A stretch of DNA of 64,000 bases from Octopus sinensis (Eukaryota), in contig NC_042998.1 of assembly GCF_006345805.1 (NCBI RefSeq), forward strand, positions 160,208,001-160,272,000. Reading direction: 5' to 3'. Of the stretch, positions 51,160 to 64,000 are shown in pieces; the stretch's first letter is position 1, and every line of letters begins with the position of its first letter. The notes beneath the pieces are model-generated. The model did not search any database. It was not told the DNA's origin and saw nothing but the letters and a program-made list of their open reading frames with translations. Both the position numbers and the translations under genes were made by a program.

Positions 51160-53907
51160 CTTGAACATGAAGTGCAATTTATTTGGGAAAAAGAGAATTA
51201 CTATTTTGCAATATACAGGGAAACTTTCTCATTGGTAATGTCTTCCCAGTATATTGTACAAATGTAATTCTTTTTTCCCCTAATAAATTGCACTCCATAT
51301 TTGATATATAAACAGATATGTATATGATCTATTGAATATTGTACATCAGTTTGAAGAATCTGTTATTGATGTGAACTAAGAAAGCAGTTTCAATGTTAAG
51401 AAGCCATCCCAATGTTGCTGGGAGACAGCAACAGACTTGTGATGAGATTTCATAAGGAAAATCAAACAGAGAAATGATATTAGTTTATAGAAGTCAGTTT
51501 ATGAACCAGTTTGCAACAATAATGATTAAAGTTTTGCTCAAAGACAATTTTGCAGACTTACTTAGCTCTAATCAGACTGAGAATAAATATTATAAAAATA
51601 TGTATATTGCTAGTTTCAGTCTTCCATTAAGACAGAATAAAAGGAAGAAATAAACTGAACCATTCCAGAGAATGGCATTTTTATTTCCATTTGAATTATG
51701 TGCAATTATGCAATAGTTTGTGGTACTACAGAATCTTATCATGATTTCAAGCTTTTTGTATATGAGTTGTAATATTTCAGCAGCAAATTTTTTACATATT
51801 TATTATTTTTTGGTGTTTTAAATTTCAGGTTCATGAAAAAAAAAAAAAAAAATCATCTTTAAATATCATAATTAATTAATATGTCTTTGCTAAATTTCTT
51901 TCAATTGATTAAAACGTAGTTATCCTACCATTAAATTACCTAAAAAACAGTTTGTTTAATCTTTTTTGAAAATTCTTTCTTAATTGAAAAAAGCAAAAAA
52001 CAAAACAAAACATAAAAACCATTTTTGTTAGATTTATTCTTTTTAAAGTTTTTGAATCTTTCACATGAGAGAAGGCCAACCCTGGGTATCAATTTAATGA
52101 CTAGAGGACCGTGTCATTAGTACATAAGATGAATTGAACAGCCATTGATCTTCATTTAACTTGTTGTCATTATAGGAATTTGCTCAGTGAAAGTTTCACT
52201 AACTAGCTGGGATTGACCTGCTTGTTCAGCTATTGAAAGCAGATTCCTTAACTGTGAAGCAACAACTGATAGTGTTCGATTGACAAGCAGATATGTTCCC
52301 TCTTCTTACTATTAGTTTTTGCTTTGAAGTGTCAGCAATTTTTCTAACTTTGTGTTGTTGTTGTTTTTGATCTTCAGATGAGTTCACTTTGCAGATATTA
52401 AGGTTAGAGTCACAGCTGCATAGCTGCAGCATTGATGTCTATTTGTGCAGCTTTATTCTTTTGTCATTTGCAAGAGAAATGGGCGTGTGCAGTTTTGATC
52501 TTTTGTTTGAGCATTTAGTTTCAAGATCATTGAGGATGCTGTATTTTTATCAATATTAACAATAACAGCAATAATAATAATAATAATGATAATGGTAATA
52601 ATAATGATAATAATGAAAATAAAAATAATAACAAAAATAACTGGAGAAACCATAACAACAATAATAATAATAATACTAATATTAATAATAATACTAATAA
52701 TGAAATGGATAATGATATTAATAATAATGATGTTGGATAATGATGATGATAATTTTGGTGGTAATAGCATCAACCACCCTGTATGTCATCTCCATTGTTA
52801 TCTTTTACTTTTGGGATGGGGTCAACATCATTTTGTAACGTTTCATCTTCTTGCCACTATTGGGTATGAGGCTTGGGGAGGTAGAGCTTGACAAGAGGGA
52901 AGAAATTTAATTATTTTTTCTTCGTCTTCCTTTATGTCGATCCATATCTCAAGTAGCTTTTGTTATTTCATTCTGTATTAGTGTTCAACTGATTAGATAT
53001 TTGTAATAGTTGTACTAATAGTCTCTCAGAAATAAATTGATTTTTACAGCGATAGATAATTCAACAAGACTAACTCAATCCTTTCCCTTGCACTCCATAT
53101 TTTGCATTTTCTCCATCCACCCCACACTCTCTCTCTCTTTCTCTCTCTCCCTCATTCTCCCTCGTCCCTTTCTCTTCATGCTTTATTGATAACTTTGTGA
53201 GACAAGGTATTCTTTTGCTATGATAAAAGTTGTTTTTAAAACTTTTCTCTTTTGTTCATAATTTTCACACATTTAAGAAAATGAACCAATTATTTATGAA
53301 AGATCTCCTGCTGAGTTCCAATCTTAGGTCAGCAACACAAAGTTTTGTTTATTACTTCAATATACTGTTTTTATGGGTATTACCATTAACACCTAAATAA
53401 CTGATTCCATGTAATGTTTGAATGTTTAATAGTGTGTATGCAGTCTAAGTAGATTGGATCAGTCTTGCTTTTCTTTTGCAAGCACTTCTTGCTATCGTTA
53501 TGGAGTTTTCTCTCTCATTTTCTGCTGCTTTCATTATAGAATTTTCTTTCGTACTTCTTTTATATAACCTTATTTTCATTTGCTGACGTTTAAATAAAAA
53601 TTTATTAAGAACATTCCAAAAATTGAATCATCTCTTCATGATCTTATATTCTTTGACAAGTTAATGTGAAGAACCTCTATATAGCTTATTGGTCTGCTAG
53701 AAATAGCTGTCAAATCTGATCCTCCTTAGAATTACACTGTAGTTTGGAAAGGGAGAAACATTAGCGAATGTAGAGTTAGGAGATGAATGAGGTGGCTATA
53801 GTTGAGATGGCCTTTGATCATGGCATTTTATGGCCTGATGACCTCCCCTCATAATTGCTGGCCTTGTGTTTGAACTAGAAAGCATTGTTGTTGTTGATGT
53901 TGTTATT

Positions 53908-55520
53908 AAGGTGGTGAGCTGGTAGAATCATTAGCACACCAGGTAAAATATTTAGTGACATTTTGTTCGTCTTTACATTCTGAGTTCAAATTCTGCCAAG
54001 GTTGATAAAATAAGTACCAGATGTGTACTGGAGTAGATGTAATCGACTATCCCCTCCCCCGAATTTCAGGCCTTGTGCTGATAGTAGAAAAGATTATTAT
54101 TGCTATTATTAAGATGGAGAACTGGCAGAATCAGTAGCATGCTGGGCAAAATGCTTAGCGACATTTTGTCTGTCTTTATGTTCTGAGTTCAAATTCTGCC
54201 AAGGTTGACTTTGCCTTTTGTCTTTTCAGGATCAACAAAATAAGCACCAGTTGAGCACTGGGGTCAATTTAATCAGCTTAGCCCCTCCCCAAAATTGTTG
54301 GCCTTGTGTCAAAAATTTCTTAAAGGCAGCAAGCTGGTAAAATCATTAGCATGTGAACAAAATGTTTAGGAACATTTCGTCCATCTTTATGCTCTGATTT
54401 CAAATTCTGCCAAGCTTGACTTTGCCTTTCATCCTTTCAGGGTCAACAGAATAAGTTCCATTTGAGCTCTGGAGTTGATGTAATCAACTTACCCCCTCCC
54501 CTGAAACTGCTGGCCTTGTGCTAAAATTTAGAATTATTATTATTATTATTTTTATTATTATTATTATTATATTATTATTTTTATTATTATTATTATATTA
54601 TTATTATTATTTAAGGTGGTGAGCTGGCAGAATTACTAGCATGCCAGGTGAAATGCTTTACTTTTATTCTTTTACTTATTTTAATCATTTGACTGTAGCC
54701 ATACTGGAGCACTGCTTTTAGTCGAACAAATCGACCCCAGAACTTATTCTTTGTAAGCCTAGTACTTATTCTATCGGTGTCTTTTTGCCAAACCACTAAG
54801 TGACGGGGATGTAAACACACCAACATCGCTTGTCAAGTGATGGGGGTGGGTGGGTGGACAAACACAGACACACAAATGTATACATACCTACATACATACA
54901 TATATATATATATGATGGCCTTCTTTCAGTTTTTGTCTACTAAATCCACTCACAAGGCTTTGGTCAGCCTGAGACTACAGTAGAAGACACTTGCCCAAGG
55001 TGCCATGCAGTAGGACTGAACTGGGAACCACTCAGCCATGCCTCTGCCTGCTTAACAGTATTTCATCTTTCTTCACGTTCTGAGTTCAAATTCTGCCGAG
55101 GTTGACTTTGCCTTTCATCCTTTTGGGGTCGATAAATTAAGTACCAGTTATGCACTGGGATTGATGCAATCAACTAGTCCTCTCCCCCAAATTTGAGGCC
55201 TTGTGCTTTTATTATTATTATTATTGAAAAGCACAGCAAACTAGCAGAATCTTTAAAGCATTGGAAAAGTGCTTTGCGACATTTCTTCCTACACTTTATG
55301 TTCTGAGATCAAATCCACTGAAGTCAACTTTGCCATCCCTTCAGGGTTGATAAAATAGAGTGCCAGTGAGGTACATCTCACCAGAGTCAATTTTGTTATC
55401 TTTCTGGGGTCTATAAATAAAGTACCAGCCCAGAGTGGTACTCTGGTAGAATCATCAGTTCATTGGACAGGAAGGCTTGCAGTATTTGTTCTGTCTCTTT
55501 GAGTTCAAATCCCTATTTGG
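53908..55520 (+). mobile_element. Cluster of 5-6 same-orientation SINE family 2 copies with a nested family 1 SINE (54661-55049, minus)
   Basis: Heads at 53908, 54111, about 54322, 54613, about 55228 and about 55435. The 54613 copy is split, with GCTT(T)A on both sides of the insertion. Confidence 0.8.
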
Positions 55521-56847
55521 TGGTAGCTGTAATCTGTTTCCTGGTTTAACACTGGTTCTTGGATATCTTAGTGGAGTTTGTTCTGTTGCATGAAAATTGG
55601 GAGAAATCTTTGGTTTGAGGATACTTCCATCCTTTCCAGCTGTCTCAGTAAGTGATGAAAGAAAAATAACTAAAAAGCACTAAAAACAACAATAAAATGA
55701 AAAACAAACAAACAAACAAAAAACAATAACAAACAACCATTGGGAATCAAGACTGGATTCCATTCATTAAAATAGAGGATTGAAACAAACTGGAGATGTT
55801 CATTAAAATATCTCTGGCTGGCTTTGAACAGATACATTTCTTCTCTCAAACTAAGTTTTATTGTATTAATTAAATGGTTATTAAAAATGTAACTGTAATT
55901 TAAAACAGTAATTAGTTTCTAATTATAGGTAAGTTTGTGTAAGACTGTTGACATTTCACCTACCACTTGCAGTAACTACTTTATATTCTAGCAGAAGATA
56001 CCATTTAAAATTCTTTTTTTATATTTTAACCTCATGAATTCTGGCTGCAGTTATAGGGAAGGGCCTAACATTTAGTCAATGTAAAGTTTAAACTATTGCT
56101 TCAATATATGAAAATCTGACTTCTTCAGTTTATTTTTAATTTCATTGAAGACTAAATCACTTTATTATTTTTACATAAACCCTGTAAATATATTTTTTTC
56201 TGTGTTCCATTGTTTTGGGAAAGATGAAAATCATTAGTTTCCTTATTAAACTATTGGAAAAATCCTTGTGTGATATTTAAAGTGAAGATTATACTAAAGC
56301 TGATCTGATCTATATTCAACTATTTCTATTCTGTGTAACTTGCAATAATGATATGCTGTTTCTTTCTATGGTCTCTGACATATTATACAGTAAACTTGAG
56401 GTAATACTTTATGTATATGTTTGTATGATATAGTAGATAAAATCAAAGTATGTGTTTGAGTGTGTATGGTATAATGAAGTCAAAGAGAGAGAGAGAGAGT
56501 GTGTGTGTGTGCATGCGTGTGTGTGTGCACTTGTATGTGTGATATAGAAGAGTTGAAAAAGACTGTGTGTGTGTGATATAGTTAAGTCAATGTGTGTGTA
56601 TGAGATATAGTTAAGCCTGTGTGTGTATGTGATATAGTTAAGTTAGAGTGTGTGTTTGTGTGTGTATACATATATGTGTGATATAGTTTAGTCAGGATGT
56701 GTGTGTTTGTGTGTATATACATACATTTGTGCGTGTATGTATGCATGTGTGTGTAATATAGTAGAGAAATTCAAAAGGTGTATGTGTTTTGCCACTAACA
56801 GTTTCTGCACCAAATCATAACATATGTGCAATCAATCACAGTCTCTT

Positions 56848-57010
56848 GTGGTATTCAGTGTTAAGATTGCATTGGATAGAATTTTCATTCTACAACATTA
56901 TTCTGTTTCTCTTATGGTTTACTGTTGCCTCGAGCATGAAAGATAGCCACAATACATTGGGGATAAGCTAACTTCTGTGACCACAATTTTGCTCTGGTTT
57001 CTCTGCATGG
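56848..57010 (+). repeat. Unassigned 160-bp direct repeat (partner at 61627-61790)
   Basis: GTGGTATTCAGTGTTAAGATTGCATTGG...TTTGCTCTGGTTTCTCTGCATGG is present at both sites. Confidence 0.85.
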
Positions 57011-58615
57011 TCAAATGCACTGATCTGGGTGTTCTCCCAAATGCATACTTTCATTTTAGGTTAATTAGAAATTTGCATAACTCTGCTTCAAGATATTCTG
57101 AACGTGTCTTGTGAGATGAATACTTATCTTGCAACCTTAACTTCTACTTTTCTTGAAAATTTGACAAAACTTTGTATAAACATTCTGTGACATTACACAT
57201 GAAATGTCATTTTATTTAATAAAAATCACTGAAATAACATCCAAAAAAGAAAATAAATAATGAAAAAACTGCTATTATTTATTTTATTTGACTAATTCTT
57301 TTTTTTAATTGTTACTTACAAAAAAAAATCCTTATTTGCAAGTGATTTGAATCAATTAATGCTACTTGAAACTCACAAAGATCTCCTGAATACTGAAGAA
57401 TTCTGAAAAAAATCGAAGAGTTTTTTTTCCTCATTTAGCAATGATCCAAGGGGCCCCCAAATTTAAACAACCAATTAGATTGTTAAGGTTGTTGATAATT
57501 ATCATTTTATTTATGCCTTATTTCTTTTCTTTCTCGTGCAAAATCATTAAATTTTTAGGAAACTTCTTATCTGATTAAATCTCTGGAAAGGAGTTAAGAT
57601 TCAATTACAGGAGACTACACTTTAGGTTATAATTGGTTTCATCTCCTTGCAGAGCAGTTAAGGATATGATCAATAAAAAGTCATAAACAAAATATTTATT
57701 CATTTTTGGGGTTTGATTTGATGTTGATTTTAATTCAATTAGGAATTATGAGAAAGTGAAAAAGGATAATAAACAAAATGAAACAAAATAAAAATGTAAA
57801 GAAAATTGTTAAAAAAAGGAATAAATTCAAAGAAATAAAGTTCCCAGTAAAAAATCTTGTAATTTTCTTAAAGCCTATTTTTATAGATTTTGCTTCTGAT
57901 CCAATATTACTTTAATCCCTTAAATATTTGGTTTGCTATATTGTACTGGGAATATATATTTTGATAACCTTTATGACATGCTCTCTTCATTATAATAATA
58001 TTAATGTATGTTTCAGCCAATGATTCTTGCTGTATAATTTCTTTCTATCATCAGTTTTTGGCTCCAATATTCATGATATGATAATGATTCACTTCTTGCT
58101 AGGGAATCATATTGACAGTTCCAACCAAGTGGTTTATCAGAGAGAAATTTGCTGAGATTTATTAAGAGGCAACATAGCTCAGTGCTTAGAGGGAAGACTA
58201 TTTTGTTGATGAAATTAAATTTCTGTCACCAGGCAAAGTGTTTGTTCTTGTATAGCATCACACAATTCAGTAATCCAACCTCATGAAATATAAGTACCAA
58301 AGCTGAGTGGTTGGCATTAGGAAAGGCTTTCAGCTATGGGAGAAACTCTCACCCCATTTATGTACACCATGATTGTAATTATAGAACTAGCTATTAGTGT
58401 TGAACAAACCTCAATGAGGGATTATGGGGTTGCACATATGCTTCTATGGGGGAAGTGGAATCTTAGAAAGAATAGTCGAATGTCTTCTAAACAGAAGGAA
58501 TGTTGTTTTTGTTTTTTAGTCTCAGGTCAGTCAACTTTATTTGGAAGTCATGTATATCTATGTATAAGTGAATGAGATGACAATGGAATAAATGGCTATC
58601 TTATAAATTTTATTA

Positions 58616-58694
58616 GCTTACTGCTGTTTCTGCTATGAGATGCAGTGGACTCATAGTTGAGTGCCTAAGTAACACCTCATAGCTTCATCAGAGC
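58616..58694 (-). ncRNA. Minimal type-I hammerhead-like motif, family 2
   Basis: GCT-CTGATGA-A-GCTATGAG...CTCATAGC-A-GAAAC-AGCA-GTA-AGC; perfect 8-bp stem II. Confidence 0.65.
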
Positions 58695-59421
58695 CTTAAA
58701 TATACATTTCATTTTCTTATTACCACTCTATACTCATCTGACACTTTGTTCTGAAGTGTACATATATTGAGTTCTACACTAGGTTATTAGTCTTGCAATG
58801 CCTAAGCGAAATACATACATACATTCATATATATGTATATTATGCATGTATGTATGCAGTGCATGTGCATGCATGTGAGTGTGTGGCTGTTACTCTGCCT
58901 GGCAGTTGGTCTTTCTTTAAATCCTAGTAGCTTAGTGAGTCAATGAAATAGAGGCCAATAAAATGTATACCAAACATAAAAATAAATACTCGAAGGGTTC
59001 AGTCTCTGTTACAAAGTGGGAATGATTTTATTATTCTACTGAGTAAATACTCTATTTTCATCTTAAGAGCCTATCTATTTGTGTTATAGTTTTAACGTTT
59101 CTATGCTTGACTTTTTTTTAAGGTATTCTGTTTGTGTTGTACAATGGTTTAGTGTATGGGAAAATGATTTGCCTCTAGTGAAAGTAGCTGTTATTATTGT
59201 TTAACCACAGGTTAGCCCTGATCAAGCAGTCCTATGATCATCATGTTCCAGCCATAGTCATTCTGCTCATTTATTAGACACAGTGTCTAAGGAGCACATT
59301 ATACAATGTGTCCTTCATCTTAGAGTATGTAGGTTAAAACTTGACACAGACTTGGTTGATATTTCTTACAGCTCAAGTGATTGCAAAGAGGCTTTCTCAT
59401 TAGGTAAAAATCTTTGCTTAG

Positions 59422-59452
<31 letters not shown>

Positions 59453-60516
59453 TGTGTGGTGTGTGGTCAGCAGTTACTGTATCTTATTTATTTTCTAGTG
59501 AAAAATGTATGTGATTGTGTATATGCATGTATATACATGTATGTTTGCACATGTGTGCATCTCTCTCTCTCTCTCTTTCTTAATATATATATATATTTAC
59601 ATATTATTATTTGTACATTTTACAATCTTTGTAGATATTGTTTATATTTTCAAAATAAAGTGATTTTCATCCATTAATTGTTATTTTCACTCTGAGCACA
59701 AATCTGATTATATTCTGTAAGTGCCAATTATAACGAGAGCTAAACATCTAATAGTCTGAAAAATTATAATCATAAAAGCTAAACAATTTATTCTTTCTGC
59801 CTTACTGCTAAGCTTTCAGAGATTTTCTAAAAATGTCATATTGGTTTATTCTCTTGAAAAAGTGACAAGCACTTCTATAACCAATATACACTTGAACTAT
59901 TTTCAAATATTTCTATTACGAGTAACATCATGTGCATATAATATAATTAACTGTTAGATGATATAGGTAACAGGTTTTGGAAATTTAACTGTTTCACTAG
60001 ATAGAAAATATAAATATGTAAGTAATTGTGTATGTGAAAAAAATAATACATACATTAATAATATCATCACCATTGTCATCATCATCATTGTCCTCATCAT
60101 TATCCTCATTTTTATGTCTGCTTTCCCATGTATGGGGCAGATTAAATTTTGTTGAAATGGACTTTCTATGACCAGGTGCCATATTATGAAGCCTCATTTG
60201 TTTCTAAGTGAGGTAATATTTTCTTCTGCGACTGGATATGTTTTCACAGAAGACTGTGGAAAGAGGACACCACTTGCATAATGGGGACATTTGTTTACAT
60301 TTATTACATGATGTCAAACCAAGCAGACAGTACAGCTACACACACACACTCACACATGACAAGCGGCTTTCAGTTTCTGTCTACCAAATCCACTCATAAA
60401 GTTTTGGTCGGCCTGGGACTATAGTAGAAGATACTTGCTCAAGATGCTGTGCAGTGGGGTTAAATCTAGAAACTTCTTATGACACAGCCACAACTGTACC
60501 TATGTGTATATGTGTA

Positions 60517-60575
<59 letters not shown>

Positions 60576-61314
60576 TCTAAGTAGCCAAGAAACAAACTGC
60601 AACATCGGATGGGAGCTAAAGGAAGTTTACCCAAAAATGCACCAGCTGAAGGAACTAGCCTTGGTATTTTACTCAGAGAAATTCGGTATCTGCCTGGATA
60701 TTATATCCCACCTCTTACTGTATCTATCTCTCTCTATATATACACACATACATGTATGTATATATATATATACATGCATATACACATACATATCAAGGAT
60801 GGTAGGAGTTTAGGTTGAGATGACTCAAACTAATAAGTATGCGTTCTGAGTGCTCAAATTAGGTGTGCTTATGCATGTTGTATCTGGCAACCAAGAACAA
60901 AGCAAATCACAAACACAAACAAATAAGCTAAACAGAAAAACAACACAAAAAGACATGACTTACATTCAACTTGATATAAACAAAGAAACAATCCATTCAG
61001 CAAATACCAGTGACAGCCTTGATGAGCTTTCAAAGCAACTGTATGCCAGGATTCAGTAGTCTCCATTTGTTCCTCCTGTTACACCCATGATGACAGCTTC
61101 CAATGAGTCTCTGGCACTGTGGGTGTGCACACACACACACATGCATGCACGCACGCACGTATGCACAAATAGGAATTGGTATCATGTCCTTATGAGTCCT
61201 AAATATTTAGTTTGAAAATTCTGAGTGAAGAATTGGTGCAGAAGCCTCTTAGTTGGATTGTACTGGAAATTCAATGGTTCAACCATGTCAATCTCATTCT
61301 TCTTAGAGAATACA

Positions 61315-61556
61315 TTAACTCTTTAGCACTTAAACTGGCCATATCCAGCCCAAATAGTCTGTTTTATGTTCAAATATCTGTTTTATGTTCACACTAGCCA
61401 TATCCAGCTTCTCACACCTGTCCTACAATGTCATTTAAAAAATAAACAATTATGTCATTGAAATCTTGAAGCTATGGAACGATGCATGATTAATTCAAAG
61501 CAGTGTGAATAAATAAGGAGTACAGTTGACAGAGGAACTTGAATGCTAAAGGGTCA
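61315..61556 (-). mobile_element. piggyBac-type MITE (same family as 12714)
   Basis: TTAACTCTTTAGCACTT...AATGCTAAAGGGTCA. Confidence 0.65.
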
Positions 61557-64000
61557 GTAGAATTCTCAGCCATTTGCACTATATTCCAATAAGGTTAAAC
61601 AATAAGAAGACTCATCTGTGGAAACCAGTGGTATTCAGTGTTAAGATTGCATTGGAAAGAATTTTCATTCTACAACATTATTCTGTTTCTTTTGTGATTT
61701 TCTGATGTCTCAAATATGAAAGATAGCTGCAATACATTGGAGATATGCTAACTTCTGTGACCACAATTTTGCTCTGGTTTCTCTGCATGGATTAGTTTCA
61801 TATTTACACTTTACTGTCTTCTAAATACTGCAGAAAAGAGTCAGTCTGGGAGCCCCTACATATTGGAATATCCCTCATATGACACTTTACTCTGCTGGTG
61901 GGGAATGATGTGGTCCAGGCTTGAAACCTTCCTGTCTTCTGCTTAAGCAGGAACTTCTGTTCCTGGTACTAAACAAACAAGAACCTATCATCAATAAAAT
62001 TTTTTATGGTGGAGTTGGGGAAGTAATCACACTGGCACTCCATTGGTTATGATGGTGAGTGTTCCAGCCACCTTGCAAATGGCTGAGCACTCCACAGACA
62101 CATATACTCTTAATATAGTTCTCAGGGAGATTCAGTGTGATGCAGAATGTGACAATTACAAGCAAAACTCATTTTTGCCAGCTGAGTGGATTGGAGTAAC
62201 TTGAAATAAAGTGTCTTTCTCAAGGACACAATGCACTGCTTGGAATCGAACTCACAACCTTATGATTGTGAGTTGAATACCCCTAATCAATAAGCCATTA
62301 CCGAATACCTCTAATCAGCGAACATCTCTATCACAGCTCTGAAACTAACAAATACCAACATCTGCACCCACAATATTTCTGAAGTTTTTGTACACCACTT
62401 TTTAATGAGAAGATGCAGCTATTTAATTCTTGGTGTCGAACAAGTTTGAAGATGTTCAAAATCATTTAAATCTTATGAAATATGGCAATTCATCCATCAC
62501 ATTTTCAATCCTAACTGCTCCCCACTACATCCTTCTACACTACCTCGTTATGGGAAACTTTGATTAAACTGATGTAACATTTGCACTAACTTAGACTTCA
62601 TGTTTGTTTTTGGTTGACTTTGTTATATAAATCCATTTATTCCTCTGACCATTTTACCATTTATTATAGTCTCTTACATGGGAGAACATGGGCTAGTGGT
62701 TAGGGTGCTGCACCCATGATCATAAGATTGTGGTTTCAGTCCCTGAACTGGGTGATACATTGTGTTCTTGAGCAAAACACTTCATCTCACATTGCTCAGC
62801 AATCACTTTGTCACTTGACATGTGGTACACCATGCACCTGCTCAGGTAACATCAATTTGATGTAGGGGAGTGAACTCATGTACATCACATAGATTTGATT
62901 ATTACAAACAAATCGTTTGTGCAGGTTGTTCAGCAAGAAATCCAGAACTGTCTTTCTCAGACTATGAGAGACTACTGTCATAGTCTCTTAATTTATCAAT
63001 CCTTCGAGAATAAAAAGCCAGTTTGGTGTGTTTTGAAATTAGAATTAAAATTAACTGCAATGTAGGAAAGTACTAGTATCCATAGCATTTTGATATGTAT
63101 TTGAGTGATAGTTCTAGCTGTTTAGTTACAAGACAACCCTCATTGAACAAACCTATTTATTATTAAAGTAATTTCAGCTGTGACTATCTTATTGTTTCCT
63201 CACACACTGTATATTTAGAACTGCATTATTCTGTGTAGCTTAAGATTTTGGGGGTTATTTGGTTGTTATTTCTAGTAGATTGTATAACATCATTGAGGTT
63301 TTTGCTTCATTCTCATATGCAATAAGTAACTATGATGCAAAATTGGTTTCATATATTCAACAAATTATTGACAACTTATGATAAAAAATTTGGCCTCACT
63401 GCTTATGTTTTACTACAGCAGCAGTAAAAAGGAAAAAAAAATATCCATGGAAATAGATGAGACTTTATCCAAATAAAGAGAAATAGTTGACGATGGATGG
63501 TAATGGTGGTGTGATGATGATGATGTCCAGTTTTTTCATGCTGGTGTACATTAAGCAAACCTTGTCTAGACAAATTTTCTATTATTAGATACTATTTCTG
63601 TTGCCACCCCTTAATTGTTTTCTAAGGAAGGTACTTTCATCCCACTAATCCTCACACATCGAAATTGATAAGGCTCCTGAAAGCATTGTACATTTGTTTA
63701 CAAGAAACTATAAAAGTGAAAAAATAAATGACACCTTCAGGTAGTGTTAATAAAGACACACGACAATGACATTCACATTCATACACACATGCGCGCACAT
63801 ACATATGTGTACGTATCATATATATATATATATATATAAAATCAAGGGTGTTTTGCATTCCATTAATTAATAAGGCCAATAAACTGATAAAGAATTGAAG
63901 GCCTTCTGTGTCTGTTTTCCATTCGTCTGTGCATTTACTATATGCTTTTTAACTTGTCATTCTGTCTGTTTTTCGTTTGTGCATAGGAGTAGCTGTGTGG

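Noticed and set aside
55915-55934. AG|GT recursive-splice-like sites (also at 2344 and 26110)
   Set aside because: About this many are expected by chance in 64 kb of AT-rich DNA, and no host intron is established.
60964-61075. Minus-strand exon candidate with a perfect GTAAGT donor (EEQMETTESWHTVALK...)
   Set aside because: Weak acceptor, no partner exon and no recognisable homology; not supportable without RNA data.

Overview
AT-rich, microsatellite- and transposon-dense eukaryotic DNA. The repeat families resemble those of coleoid cephalopods, most likely Octopus; this is inferred from pattern recognition, not a database search. No host protein-coding gene can be confidently identified. 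Almost all ORFs in the track are translations of microsatellites or of decayed transposons, and only weak candidate exons are offered. No rRNA, true tRNA or CRISPR array is seen. Recognisable content: (1) RTE-clade LINEs, including a head-to-head fused pair at 29.1-33.8 kb, a nearly intact BovB/RTE-like RT at 26.5-27.8 kb, and many 3' tails carrying a variable tandem repeat; (2) three Penelope-like fragments (RT, linker, GIY-YIG); (3) non-autonomous Helitrons, two carrying piggyBac pieces and one with an inverted duplication; (4) mariner and CR1/L2 relics; (5) piggyBac- and hAT-type MITEs; (6) at least four tRNA-derived SINE families. The most notable signal is a set of minimal type-I hammerhead ribozyme motifs from about four unrelated families, all with some decay. 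One family is an inverted dimer of a tRNA-promoter + hammerhead unit that appears to have inserted as a single element (41.1-41.7 kb).
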